Below are positions 49,990-63,370 of a DNA stretch of 64,000 nt, in pieces. Made by a program: the position numbers and the translations under genes. Within the stretch, counting starts at the first letter, position 1. Each line of letters starts with the position of its first letter. The stretch covers positions 28,582,001 to 28,646,000 of the forward strand of contig CM060733.1 in NCBI GenBank assembly GCA_030704615.1, in the 5' to 3' direction. Under the pieces are notes generated by a model. The model saw only the letters and a program-made list of their open reading frames with translations. It ran no database searches and was not told the DNA's origin. The DNA is from Takakia lepidozioides. Lineage: Eukaryota; Plantae; Bryophyta.

Positions 49990-51246
49990 TCATTGCAAAG
50001 GGATGGCCGACAGAGTATGTTTCTTAGCCTCCCGCTCAGCCAGCGTGGCAGCATGCATCTCTCGCTCCTTTTGGCCTTTGGTGCCCTGTACATACTCAAC
50101 CCTTTTTCTCTTCTCTTTCCTCTTAGAAGGCTGACGGGGCTCAAGGATGCCACGCCTTTGCAAGCTCTTGAACCTTTCCCTTGCAAGCATAGGGTAGCCC
50201 TTAAGTTTTCGCAAGGAGCCAGTTACCTCCTCCGTTAGAAGCACTTGCACTGGCTCTGGCTTGAACTTGTATCTGCCAAGCCGGGGAGGTCCCTGGGCCC
50301 TCTTCTCCTCCCTTGAGACAATTCGACGAATCCGTACTCGCTCTTTCTCTTTATTCTCCGTGTCTATGTCATCCATTAGCTCCGGTATCCTTTGAATATC
50401 TTTCCCAACCTTCACGAGTTGTAGCCTTTTGGCTTCGGCTTTAAGCACCCCACGTCTCCTGGCTCTTCTGTTGAGATCTGCCCGCGTCAACTTCTTTGCC
50501 TTCACAGCCTTCGAAGCTGAATTCAACGTGTCAGCACCGTCCGCAGCATCTTCCTCATCACCCACATCGCCATTATCTGCTTCCAGAAAGAAGACGTCCT
50601 CAGGGTCAAGAACAGTACCAGGCACAACGGGAAGAATGGGGGCGGGTTGCAATTCCTTGTTATAGACCTTCAGCATTTCTTCGGCCACCGCGACCCCCAA
50701 AACGTCCTGGTGATCGTCGAAGGTGGGATTGTACGAACACCCTGGAGCATCAACCTCGACCGCAGGCGCCTCTATACGCATCTGCTGTCCAGCACGTTTT
50801 TTCCGAGCACATTTCTCATCACCGCCAGCCCCATTTTCCTTCACCTCGTCGCCCCAAATGTCAAACACAGATTCGCTCCTTTTCTCCTCACGTATTGGAA
50901 CCGTGGGTGATGCCAAGGCTCTAGACTTGGTCTGGGGCTTGGCCACATCCCGGTCCTTCCGTTTCTTCGTGGATTTTCCAGGCTCTGGCAGAACATAAAT
51001 CAGAGGATTACGCTGAAGAATACTGTCAGCCTGCAGAACCTTTGCCCGATGCTTGTTAACTTTCCGTGCGATTGTTGTGTCCTTCGCATGATCAACAAAG
51101 AAAAGAGCATCACTTGGAACAGCATCCAAAGCTCCGCCACTGCGCGCCTCCAATGCCGCCTTCTCAACGAACTCATCAACGTCCTGTGTGCTAATGTTCG
51201 CCCTCCATTCCTTCTTCCCCTTCCTGGAACTCTTCGCCCTACCCAT
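49990..51246 (-). CDS. NOP53: Ribosome biogenesis protein NOP53 (GLTSCR2/PICT1 family), 418 aa, single exon
   Basis: SRKGKKEWRANI, LFFVD, SYNPTFDDHQ, C-terminal GSLRKLKG...RFKSLQRRGILEPR. Confidence 0.92.
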   Translation of the reverse strand: MGRAKSSRKGKKEWRANISTQDVDEFVEKAALEARSGGALDAVPSDALFFVDHAKDTTIARKVNKHRAKVLQADSILQRNPLIYVLPEPGKSTKKRKDRDVAKPQTKSRALASPTVPIREEKRSESVFDIWGDEVKENGAGGDEKCARKKRAGQQMRIEAPAVEVDAPGCSYNPTFDDHQDVLGVAVAEEMLKVYNKELQPAPILPVVPGTVLDPEDVFFLEADNGDVGDEEDAADGADTLNSASKAVKAKKLTRADLNRRARRRGVLKAEAKRLQLVKVGKDIQRIPELMDDIDTENKEKERVRIRRIVSREEKRAQGPPRLGRYKFKPEPVQVLLTEEVTGSLRKLKGYPMLARERFKSLQRRGILEPRQPSKRKEKRKRVEYVQGTKGQKEREMHAATLAEREAKKHTLSAIPLQ

Positions 51247-51327
51247 CCCTCCCTCCCTCTCTAAGATCTCTCTTACTCAAAACCCTGTCTTTCGCTGCTC
51301 ACAGCTCCGAGAGAAGAGAGAACCATA

Positions 51328-51707
51328 AAACCCTAAGAGAGAACCAGTAGCCCTAACCATAAAACCCTAACCCCAGGTTTTGAGTTCATAACTGACGTCC
51401 TCATTCGTTACTACATACTGCATTCGTCCGTATAAAGTTGTGGGTTTTAATTTATTTGGCGTCGGCCTGTTATCGTCGAATATTGTTTATAGAGTGAAAT
51501 ATTTTTGTGGAATTCCTCGACCCAAGTATATTCTATGAATCTTTCAGATCCATCTTTTACCCTGTACTGTACTTAGGATGCTAAATAAACATTTTACAGC
51601 CCATATTGGAAAAGGAACTTTAAAAAAAAACAAAATCTGCAAAATGCATGCTTTTAGACAATCATGAAGAAAAGTGAAACCCTAACCCTAAAGGATACTA
51701 TATATAT
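51328..51707. promoter_or_regulatory. Bidirectional promoter region with telo-boxes
   Basis: AAACCCTAA at 51328, 51362 and 51677; TATATATA near 51699; lies between divergent NOP53 and TCTP. Confidence 0.7.
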
Positions 51708-51900
51708 TCGCCCGGATAATTTTGGAGCGTGAGCCGTCGGATAAGTATCGACGGCAGGACACCGGCCGTCCCCTGCGTAACGCTGCAACTCACGGGTTCC
51801 TCGCTGCGCTCCGCTCCCTTGCAACGATCCTTCGGAGGTCGGGCTGCCTTCCTCGGCGTGCTGTATTGTGTGTTGTGGGGGAAGTTGCAAGCATCTCAAG

Positions 51901-54403
51901 ATGCTTGTGTATCAGGACAAGATCTCAGGTATGTTGAATTTTTGGTTGAATGCTGTTGTTTGCCAACCGTTTTTTGTTGTTTGCTGGGGAGTGATTGTAT
52001 GGGGTTTTGATGCGCTGGATGTGGATGTTGCAGTCTCCAGCTTAGGGAGGTCGACGGGATTTGACGGGCTGAGCAGCAGATTGTGTAGTAGCACTTGTAA
52101 AGCTTCGACCTGTTTGTTGTGTCGAAGGTGATGTTTTTTGGTCCGTATAGTTTGATTGGTTTCTAGCATGTGTGCAAGATACTAAGATGTTTACATTTCT
52201 TCATGGTGCAGGGGACGAGCTGTTGTCAGATTCCTTTACCTATTCAGAGCTCTTCAATGGCGTCCTTTGGGAGGTTGAGGGCAAGGTAAGACTTGCGTTG
52301 GATCGAGCAATGGGTGATCCGTTTGAATATGTACTAAATACGCACGATAGGGCGAGATGTGATTCGAGGCATGCCTGTACTCTTACAGTGTATTCCTTTA
52401 TCTCTAGTTGGGCTTCAATTCAGTCATGTTCGCAATAAGGAAGGTCATGAAGTGGGCGGTCTGCCCTACTTTGCGTGATGCTTTGGTTGGGGCATGCCAA
52501 TTGTGGTAGTTGTCGCGCCCGAGTCTTTTAGAGGAAGTTGCCCAGGTTGGAGAGAGATTATGGATTGTTGGGCGAGAGAAATGGAGTGTGGAAATGAGGT
52601 GACGCAAGTGGACAAATTGCTGAAGAATATCGCTGACAAGGTTATCTCGGTGTACTGGGGAGTGCAGTGGGTGGTGCAGGGTGCACTTGATGTGGACAGT
52701 TTGATTGGAGCAAACCCTTCGGCAGAAGGTGGAGAGGATGAGAGTGCCGATGACCAAGCAACCAAAGTTGTTGACATTATCGACACCTTCAGACTGCAGG
52801 TGGGGTTGGCTTGTCCCGTAGCTGCATCTGATACAATAGAATCAAAGTAGTTTTCATTAAGAAGTTTTATCATGTCCAACTGCTTCCTGCAGCTTCATCG
52901 CATCTTCGAGGCCCATCGCATGCTTAATCACCCATTCGAAAGGATCCTACTTGGAACATTTCCAGGTCTCTTGGTCGCATCAGTTTGATCTGACTCTGCC
53001 ACATTAGTGAAGACCAAACCTTTCATCTCAGCTCTTAAGATGACGTCGAATATTTGGGCATCGGACAAAAGTCCATTCTACACCTGTCATTGAGCACATG
53101 AGCTCCTTATCAATCCCACCATCTGCCGTAACTTCACTGAAACCAGAGTTTGTGAGGAAGGTTTTTGATTTATTTCCCTCACTTTTCTGGGAGCCTAACT
53201 TGCTCGGTGTAGTCTGAGCCCAAAACAGGGATTGAAAGTCCCTGGCCAGTATTTTTGTGCAGTCATCGTTCTGTATGGGGGCTCTTAGGCTTTCAGCTCT
53301 AGGGACTTGAGTTATTGACTGGGTATTTATGGTGAGGGATACTTTTGCAGGAGCAACCAGCATACAACAAAAAAGGTTTTGTGGCTTACATTAAAAACTT
53401 CATCAAGAAAGTGACACCTGAGGTGGCTGAGGACCGGCAAGATGTGTTCAAGAAGGAAGTGGAGTCTGCAGTCAAGTATTTGCTCTCCAAATTGAGTGAC
53501 TTGCAATTGTATGTCTCTGCCTTCATTGTTTAACTTTCTTTGCATCGCTGGATAATTAGCTTTCCTAAGAGCAGTAGCCCTCAGGGGTCCATCATTGCCA
53601 AACTTTGCAGGGAAAGACAATGAGTCCCTCTGCCTCTTTCCCGCTTACACCCTGGTGTGTGGCTGTATGGCTGCTTTATGCTCCAGTAGATTATTCAATT
53701 CATGCCCAAACAACTGTCTATTGTATTGTTAAAATTTTGCAGCCAGACTTCAGAGTGAAAGACTGTTTACCATTAAATGGACTTTCTCACACAACCATCA
53801 AAGAAGAATCATTCCATTGCAGTTGAATTGATATAAGCTGCTTTAGAGTCTTATTAACTGCAGTGTTGTCAAATCTAGTCTAACACCAGGCCTAATGTAT
53901 GCAAAGGTTCTAGAAGGATTTGCTGTGTATGTGCTTTGCCAGCAGTGAAACAGATGTCTCATATCTGTGTATAGAGTAGCTCATCTGGCAACAATTTTCA
54001 TAATCTTGTATGGCAGTGGGTAAAGAGTGGCCCTGCATGCTTGATAAGGAAACTGGAACTCTTGAAGTGGCTCTTGGCTTTGGCTGGAGTCTTCTCTCTA
54101 GCTCAGGAATGAGCCTTGCTTCGGTATTCACAAAGAGCTGGAGTGCATCTAATTCAGGTGAATCATGAATAGGATATCTTCGAGAAAAGACTATTTTTCA
54201 CTGAGAATCTTTTATTGAATGTGCATCTAGAAGTGCACCTATATATGGTCTTTACTAAGCATCTGTGGCATGTCTGGGGATGCAGTTTCGTGGGAGAGAG
54301 CATGAATGCAGAAGCTTCCACTGTTTTTGCCTACTACAAGGAGGGGAGAACTGACCCCACTTTTATCTACTTTGGCGATGCCCTGCGTGAAGTCAAGTGT
54401 TGA
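51901..54403 (+). CDS. TCTP: Translationally controlled tumour protein, 5 exons (51901-51928, 52212-52285, 52668-52799, 53351-53508, 54286-54403), 169 aa
   Basis: [38 protein letters not shown]; all introns GT-AG and frame consistent. Confidence 0.96.
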
Positions 54404-56008
54404 CAAACTCTACTTTCTCTACTGCCCATGGTGCATTACGTGGAGATGGTGTGTTTGCATCTCACAAAGTTTGATTTGTGAGATTTTGGGAATTGGAATG
54501 ACGTCCATGCACATGGAGGGATTTGGCTGGCCTCTTTGTAGGTGGCCAGGGTGCTGTCTATGTGTGGGTCAATCCCTACTTGATACATGTTAGACGGAAA
54601 TAAGATGTTTTGAGTCTGAAAGCTAAGGTGTTTTATGCATAAGATATGGACAATGGACAGCTTTTGGGCCATGCGAAACCTTAGTATGTGTGAATGATTT
54701 CGACTTGTCTTCAAGTCCGCTGTGTTACTTGCTTGTATGCCTGATTCGTGCAGTTGGTATAGCTTGTAAGGTCTGGAAGGGGCTGTCATTTATCCTCAGC
54801 TCTTGCTGGATTAGTGTTCTTTTGTTGTCTTGCATAGTTTTGTCTCAGTGTAAGTGCCGGATGATGACTACAACATACTGCGCAGTGGCTTTGAGTGCAT
54901 TTAGCACCATGATAAAGTCCAATTATTTCTGACGGCATTGTTGACTTGTCATGTTCTAGTGTTGTTAGACTTTTAGATTATTTGTCTGTTCTTTGGATGG
55001 CTACATGTCAAATGATGTTGATTGGAATATATGGATAATTTCGTAATATCCATCATGTTTGGGCAGCATTGCCTTTGTACCCACCTGAGTGGTCACCCTT
55101 GCTATTATGGATGTCTACTTTTTTGTGAACAGTAAGACAATCAGTTAATGTAGAAAGGAATGCTACAGTTGTGACGGACATAGCAAGTCATTCCATGGCT
55201 CTTGCTCTTCAAACTGACCAATCAACTTGAATCAGCCTTGGTTTCTTCATTGTGCACCAATCAGTTCCCTTGTGTTAACTTTTTTTTATTGTGTCGAGTT
55301 TCTTACTGGCATACTCAGATACAGGTGTATACACTCCAATGAGTTTGCTAGTACATGAGGGCATTATGCAAAGGCCTTCGCAATCTTGTTCTTTTCCATC
55401 ATGTTCGTGGTTAAATTATACCGCACAAGGATGTTCACTTCAGGCCACTGCTGAACATTAACAGATTTGTACACGCATAACAATCTGACAAAGTATAAAT
55501 TGACTAATCATCTTTTTGTCTTTGCTTCTTTGGATGCATTCCAGCTGCTGGGATGTTGGTTGGGCAAAATCTGAAAAATGGCACTGACTAAGATTTTGGA
55601 GTCCATGACTACACAGCCCACAATGAGCAACTGCTACCTTGGAAGATCGTTGCACCCAAACTCTAAGACTGCAAGGCATTGGGAAATAATCTATCCCTTG
55701 AGGTACACGACACTGGCATAAATGTAGCATTTTCAATCACCTGTAATGGTCAACACACCATTGTCGACAGCTGCCCATTCAACATGCGGTCATATTGCTG
55801 CCCAAATATGTATTACAAACATTGTATTTTGGGAGCTTATCGAGCTGAAGGAGAATTGTTTTCCATGTAAGTATCCTCAGGAACATCATAACCAACGGGG
55901 CTCTGTTATGCTCCATTGAAGATCAGACCTTTGGAATTTATGAATCTGTAGTTATATCATAGTTTCCATGTTACCCAAGGGCCAAGAGGGCAAGCAAAGA
56001 GGGAAAAG

Positions 56009-58600
56009 TTAATAAGTAATGTAGAAAACAGCCATCAAAGTTAAAGTGGCAATTGTCTGACGTCCAGCAATATCTTTCCATAAGTTCCAGAGAGTATGAG
56101 CTCTGAGGCAAGCCCAAACAGGGCATGTGTTCCAAACCTTCCCATGTTCCAGATTAAGCCAAAGCAAGGGGAGATTGGATGGAACCACCATATCCCAATT
56201 AGAGTAAAAAGAAGCAACCAAGGACTAGGTTCTCATAGATGGAAGGGAACTGGCCAAAGGCAGTGCTCTATGGATTCTGCTGAACGATTTAAGCAGATGT
56301 TGCAACAGACATCTAATTCCCCTTGGGTGAATTGGAATACAGGCAGAATCTTGATGGCTATTTTCCACAAGAACGCACTAACCTTGGCTGACCTGTCTTT
56401 CCTCCAAATGTCTTTCCAGACGGATTTCCAATCAGTGAGGTAGGTCAGCAGATGACTCCATTTCAAGTTCCATTTGCTAGTCCCAGAAGCAGTCTGTAAC
56501 CCAGCTTGACCGAGTACCCCAAGAAGGGAGTTTTAGCATGGTCCATCCATGTCCACTCGCCAGGATCGAATTTTATGTCTTGAATGGGGAGCTTCATGAA
56601 CCAAACAAGATTGGAGTGACGTGCCCATGCCAGTTCCATGCCAGGAGGAGGTTTGGGATTGGGCATCCCAGAAATGACGTCAAATAACCCTGAAGTGCGA
56701 AAGCGAGATCGCAGAAACAGCTTGGTTTCCCTATCATTGTTCGTAAGGGGAGTGACTCTTGCTCCCGGGATTGAATGGAAAGCAAGGCTAGTGATAACCT
56801 GTTGTTGTTGAGAGAGAGCCAAAAGGACATGGAAGGAAGATCCTTCAGCATAGCTCAACCAAACAGGCAAGAATTGGAGTCACAATGTTGCTCCGCGTGG
56901 AGGATGGGGGTGAGGAATGAGACACCTTCACGGATAGCCGGCCAACCAGCAGCAACAGAAGACCCAGTGATAGACTGACGGAGAGTAGGAACAGTGACGA
57001 AGCCCCCGTTCAGCCAGACATTCTTCACAAGAGAGAACCCAGCACGCTCCCAGGTAGCCCATTTCCGAGACAAGAGCAGAAGGTGCTCGGAATCCAGGTT
57101 GTAGTTAACAAAAAGGGGCTGGCAAAAAGCCTCGGCATAGTTGGTCGCCATACTCTGAGTGAGGTATTGGCACATAATCTGCCAGGCCTTCCAAATGGAG
57201 TGCCAGGCCTAAGAACCCCGAGGAGTAGCACAAGAATTACTTTGAACCAGCCATTTAAGAAAAGCCGGCCATGCTCTGGGGCTGGGCTCCTCGGGAAGGA
57301 CATTTTCATGTGATACAAGGTAAACCTGCACCAAGGACTGTCCAGATGGGCAAATGAACGGGGGATCCATTTTGCCAAGAGGGCAGTACTCTGAGATTCA
57401 GCGTCCAGGATTCCCAATCCACCTTCAGATTTTTTCCTGCAGAGTTGGGACCAAGAAACCAAAGCCCGTCTATTAGGGGAAGAAGGGCCGGGAAGCACCC
57501 CACAAAAAGTTCCTCATCAGAGTACAAACCTATCACATCTTGTCTATAAGCAAAGTAGTGGCCCAAGCCGTCGACAGCTCAGAGTGGAGCAAGATCTGGA
57601 CCCACTTGAGAAAAGGTCCCTGAAAACCGGCTTTAAGCAGCATAGCCTCCAAAAATGTCCAGTCGATGTTGTCGAAAGCCTTCTCAAAATCCAGCATGAG
57701 GAAGACCAAAGGTTGGTTTGTAATTGAAGCATGGCCGGTGCATGGCCTCTTTAGCAAAGAGGATCCTACGCTGCTTAATGAAACCAGATTGCTCAGGTCT
57801 AATAATTTTAGGGAGAAGGGGCTGCAGTCTCAATGCCAATGCCTTGGCAGTTATTTTGTAAGTGGTATTGAGGAGGGTAATCGGGCGATAATTGTAATAA
57901 GAGCCATGTCCCATTTTTTTTAAATGAGAGTGATGAGGCCTTGAGAAAGAGGGCTTGGCATAATGCCTTTGGAGAAAATGTCATTGGTCATAACCAGAAA
58001 ATCCTCTGCTATCGTTAACCACAGGGCTTTGAAGAACTCAGCCGGGAGGCCATCCAAACCAGGAGATTTACCAGGGCTAAGAGCCTCTAAATTTGCCCCC
58101 AGTTCTTCCATTTGGAATGGAGCTGACAAAGAAATTTTGTCGGCTTGGGAAAGAGACATAGGAACACTGGGAAGTATATCCGCTCTCGCAGAAATTGCCT
58201 CCTGAGACAAAGGATGGAGAGAGAAGAGAGAGGTGAAATGACTGGCTGCCATAGTAGCCATCAGTTTGGGAGAGGACACAGGCAGATCATTTGGGCCAAT
58301 GAAATTGGAGATGGTAGTTGCCATAGCGCGTTGTCAGCTAGTTTTAACAAAAAAATATTTAGATATTTTTTCTCCTTGAAGAGACCAGTTAATGCCTGCT
58401 CATCCCTGGCTTTTCGGAAACATGCTAGATTTAATTTAGCCAAAGCATATGAGGCACATGTCTGAGGGCCTTCCTGTCCGGATTCTAGAGCTAAGTGCTG
58501 GCAAACCTGAAGACATTTAGTAGACATTTCTCTCTCTGCCTTCTATCTCTAGCGAACTTGATGGACAGAGATTGACTTAGCGATCTGACCGCCTTCAATA
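56009..58600 (-). mobile_element. Degenerate L1-type LINE ORF2 with an internal deletion in RT
   Basis: KSPGLDGLPAEFFK, NYRPITLLNTTYK, LDFEKAFD, GGLGILD, CNIC...ESIEHC; ends approximate. Confidence 0.85.
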
Positions 58601-59239
58601 TCGCTTGAAGCACCAGAACTACCCTGAATGATCCCCTGCATACATCTCGTGTTTTATCGGGCTTTCAGCTACACTAGGCATTGAGCCCCCCAAATCCCCC
58701 CCCCTGCAAGCTCGCTTTCCATCTTCACGATGGAAACGTGAATTTATGAAAAAGATCCTTGTAAGCACCGCATGATCGTTGCAGGAACATAGCAAGCAGG
58801 TTTAGGCAATGAACTGGATCATAGTAATTTGCTTGGAGCTTGAGGTCCCTATGCCAATGCAACCTGCACTCCCTGAAAGAACAATTCGCGAATGCAGACC
58901 CGCGGGAAAAGCCAACGGACGAGACAAAATCTGTGCCCAATAAAATAATCATCATTCTAGTCATCTCGCTTACTGTAGTCATCCATATATCTACAGTCAG
59001 TGTACCAACTAGGAAGTGTGCTCAACGAGTCATTTGTATGACTACCAGGTAGGAATATGAGTAGTTTGTCTAACTGTGAGACATTTGTTTCATTGGGACA
59101 GGCAAGTGGTCCAGCAAGCATATACCAATGTATATTTGAATTTGATGTTAGTATGAATATCCCTACCCTGGCTATAGTTTGCCGCTATAATGATACATTG
59201 GCAGTGGATGCCCGTGATGATAGGTTTGGCAACGTGAAG

Positions 59240-59420
59240 TAGCCCGTGCTCATCGCGAATGTGGGCTTTCTCAAGTGTCATGCCATTGCAGTCGATGCCT
59301 TGGGGCAAGAAGAAGAACACTTTCAAATGTTCGAATGCACCTACTACAGAATGGTCGTCTTCCGGCATTCCGTGCGTGGAGAGGGAGTGGACCGCGAGAT
59401 CCCCATGACGACGAATGTGA
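59240..59420 (+). mobile_element. CACTA/En-Spm transposase-associated domain fragment
   Basis: CHCSRCLGARRRTLSNVRMHLLQNGR...WRG fits the CxCxxC...HL...G...W pattern. Confidence 0.55.
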
Positions 59421-61370
59421 CCCTCCACAGGGTCTGCTAGTGCCTCCTTATGTCCACCAGCCATTCCTCATAATGGAACCACACCATTCGCTGAAGGTTC
59501 AAAAATGGAGCAAATAGAGGTACATATAGGCCCCAACAACATTCTGTCCAAAGGAATTACCTGCAGGCTGGTCTCCCCCATAGTTAAGAATTGGGCTGAA
59601 AACCCCAAAAGATTACCTGCAGGGAGGTAATCCCCTTTGTTAAAACGTAACAGGGAGGAAATTCCGACTTTTCTGCCGGATAAGCTAGCTCAAAACCGTT
59701 GTTCTTATGAGCCCAGCCTCCCCATCAAAGTCCCACGAAACAGTTTTTAAAAAAAGATTTTTCTATTTTTATTTTTTCACCCTGCCTATTCGCGGCCTTC
59801 CGTGGCTCTAACCGCCACGACTCCTCACGGCCCGCCCTAGGCGCTCGTTGGCCACGGGCTACCCCGTGATACACCGTGGTACCAGGCCCACGAGCCTTCA
59901 CGGCCCGTCATCCCCACGATCTGGTCACCGTGCCAACCCGTGGTGTCCGCACCACGGCTTCCCGCGGTCACGGTCACGGTCAACAGTTCCTTGCGTTCCC
60001 AAGAACTCTACATGAGTTCCCATGCGTTCCCGGGATGTTCCTATGCGTTCCCGAGCTCTCCCCGAGCTGGGGTTTGCTTCTACACCTACTGCCGTCGAGC
60101 TATGGCTTCTGCAAAGCCATCAAACCTGCTGCCATGCTCTCTTGGGCTCTCACGACCCACCAGAGGCACCCTAAACTCAACAAGCAAGCAATATGCTGCC
60201 CAACAAACTCCATTTCTTCATGAAGCTCACGAAAACGAATCTGAAAATACACACATTTACAAACTTGGTGCACCTGCACTTCTCATGCATATCCCCCGGC
60301 TCTAGGGCGCCTCGTTGCAGCCCTTCCAGCCCCGCTCTTGCCACTCCAAGAGCCCTTACACTGCTGAGTTTCAGATTGAAACTCCAACTCAGCACATGCT
60401 TCACAAGTACACTGATTTGCACAGAAGATGGACCAACCCCCTCTCTTCACTTATGCATCTTCATGAGCTTGGAACTGAAGCTCCCAACAGGCTGCGATGC
60501 ATCCCCTCGTAGCTCCACTATTCGGCTGCTCCTCATCTACCCACAACAACTAGTTTCGGGCAGAAATACATGGAGCTGATCATATCATCTCCAACCTGCA
60601 ACACGTTAATTTCCCATGTGCAGCCCACATTTTTGCAGCTCGTTAACTCGACCTGCAACTGAAGAAGACGACCACCGTTTCGCCCACTTGTGGCCAGCAT
60701 CTCCTCCGCTTCACACTAGAAGCCAAAACTCAGTTGCCATAGCGTTGAGCTATGCAACACTGACCGCCTCTCTATCCATTGCAAACTTGCAACCTGTTCG
60801 CATTTGCACTCTATCTGCTTTGGATATGCTCATGCACGGATCCCTGCACTCTAGATTGAACCACTTTTCATGATCTGAAAATACAAGTGCTACAACTAAC
60901 TCGAACCTAGCACTCACAGACTCGAGCTGATCTTTCTCAAATGATAAAGAAATAAATGAATGATACAAGCACACAAGCTCTCTCAAACTCACACACTTGC
61001 ACATGAAAACATCACTCATATTAAGTCGAGCCAAGTGCACCCCACACCATGGGGAATCCATACTACGGCACCATAACTAGACGCAGTGAAGCTCAACTCG
61101 AGAAAGATGAACCCACCGCGATCTGTCGTGAAGATAACAACGCCAAGTGCCCCAACATATATTGGCCCCTAGATTGACACTTGGGTCAATCCCAAATGTC
61201 AATATATAAAAGCTAGTTGTTTCCTAGCTAACTTCACACTAGTGGTAAAATAACTTGATAAAGGGTTTAATCTATAGTATAATGTATCTATCCCTCATAT
61301 TTCATCCAGAGTACAAAAGATTGAAAGGAAAGTTGGCTCTAAATGCGGAATATCAAGGCAGCCTTTTGAT

Positions 61371-61610
61371 TTGATGAATAAACCTGCTCTACCCAAATCT
61401 GGGGGTCCTTCCATTATAGTATTTTTGAATTGGTTCTCTAAAAGTAGAGGTCACCTGAAGTTCAAATTTGACTCCACTGATACACAGTGGATTGCTATTG
61501 AGACCATAATCTCAACAATGACTATGACATTTGAACCATCTCAGAACTTGTACTATTTAGATCCAAGTGATGCTTCGGCTTTGAATGAGTTCGTGGCTAA
61601 TGAAAATTAA
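61371..61610 (+). pseudogene. C-terminal fragment of an unknown, probably transposon-related protein
   Basis: Protein-like 79-aa ORF followed by AT-rich sequence; family not recognised. Confidence 0.25.
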
Positions 61611-61957
61611 ACTTTTCTTTGGGTCCGACATTTGACTTATGTATGGAATGTTGTTTGTGTACATGCTTTGAAATTTTGTAATTATTTAAAAAGATAATTT
61701 AAAATATGGTCTAATTAATTGTTGCAAAAAAAAGATATAAAGAAAAATAGGGTATTAAGAAATAAAGGGTTTTACAATATTACCTAAAGATAGGGTGGAA
61801 AAAAATGTAAAATTTTAAAAATATAGCATGGTATAAATATACCTTTGTACGCACGTGATATGGAAAAAATACATAGAGTGACCCCCTCGTGCTCTCTCCA
61901 TGATGTCATGCATTTTGCGTTGTGCGGCAGTAGATGCAAACAAAGAAAAGACAAGAG

Positions 61958-62365
61958 CTAATCTACAAATTTGTTCGTGACCCCGTGAGTAGTACTACAT
62001 ACATTCATAATGAGCATTGTTGTCGCGAGCTTTGTTGACTTGCTCCCATCGTATAATGGCATACATGTCTCCTCCTCAAGTGTGATTGGAATATTGTAAT
62101 GGCCACCCGCCACATCATTGCCTTCGTGGTTCTCGTTGCTACCATCATGAACTATTCTCACTCCTTCCGGTCTTTCCTCTTTTTTTGTCGTATCCATCAC
62201 TTGAAAAGTTTCGTGTAGCATCCTCTGAACCTCCACACCAGAATCAATTGTTGGTTCAGAATGTTGGATTTCTTCCGGATCAGCACTTGTTATTGGTGGA
62301 CTCATGGCCCCAGGGGCGATTTGCAATGTTCTACCATATGTAGAGCCTTGGTGGCCAAGTTTCAT
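61958..62365 (-). mobile_element. CACTA transposase N-terminal fragment
   Basis: PLYDGSKSTKLATTMLIMNVC..HGVTNKFVD resembles the PLYxG...HG region upstream of the Tnp2 core. Confidence 0.6.
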
Positions 62366-63242
62366 GAGCTCGTGGAGGGCGGTTTGAGGAGTGTCTACAG
62401 GATGCTCTCATGGTCATGCAAGTGAGAGAAGAGAGGAAAAAAAAGGATGTTGGGATGAAAGCATGTTTGGGATTAGGCATTGCTTTAGTTTCCCTTCCTC
62501 ATAGCTTTCCACCTTCTCTATAGGCCGAGACCTTTCCGTAGGTGGAGGCAAGAGTCAGTCCAGGTTGCAGGAGTGACACTGTGGAGTTGTTTTTGGTGTG
62601 GGGGAGTTGTTGTTTTCATTCTTGTGTTTGGATCCCCTCCACACCTGCATGCTTGATTGTGCGCCATGCTAGTTTTGTGTGGGCGCTTGATTTTATAGGT
62701 GGTTGACTGGGGCTTGATCGCCGATTCAACCCTAGAGTATGATGTCGATGGTGAGGCTAGGTTGATGACCAGTCTGACCATCTTTGTTTCTCCTGTGGTG
62801 AGGTTGGAGGTGATGACCAGCCAACCATGGCTATGTTAGGAACCTAGTATTTCAAACCATAAGCCGCATCAAGTTCTCTACCCGGTTACCTTGTGGAGAG
62901 GGGTTTAGGAACAGGTTCATGACCGGTTGAGTGTCAGTTTGTCAACACGGAGGGGCCCAGTGCTATGGTTTGCATCCTGAGTTGTGTCCAGGCCAGTTCC
63001 AAGGGAACAATGGTGGCTGGGGGCGAGGTGGAGTAGCCCAGAGAGGACGAGGTGCAGGCCAAGGGCAAGCTCAACATGGCCAAGGACGCAGAGGTCAGAG
63101 TGGTGACCAAGGCATGGCCAACCGGCTTCAGCAGCTAGAGCAGAGGCTCGCTGCCATAGCCACAACTCAGGTGGTACTGGCTCCAAGGCCGGATGATCCA
63201 CCTCCTGCTCCTGAGGGAGGAGACATAGGAGGCATGTGATTC

Positions 63243-63370
63243 ATGTGTGGGGCAGCACTACCACTAAGGAGGGGTGTCACTACCACTACCACTATGTGTG
63301 GGGCACCACTACCACTAGTAAGGGGTGTCACTACCACTACCACTATGGGTGGGGCACCACTACCACTAGT
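63243..63370. repeat. 51-bp tandem repeat (~2.5 units)
   Basis: atgtgtggggcagcactaccacta...gtcactaccactaccact starting at 63243, 63294 and 63345. Confidence 0.88.

Noticed and set aside
52404-53826. Additional ORFs inside TCTP introns and antisense to NOP53, UGT and OMT
   Set aside because: Shadow or intronic frames of well-supported genes
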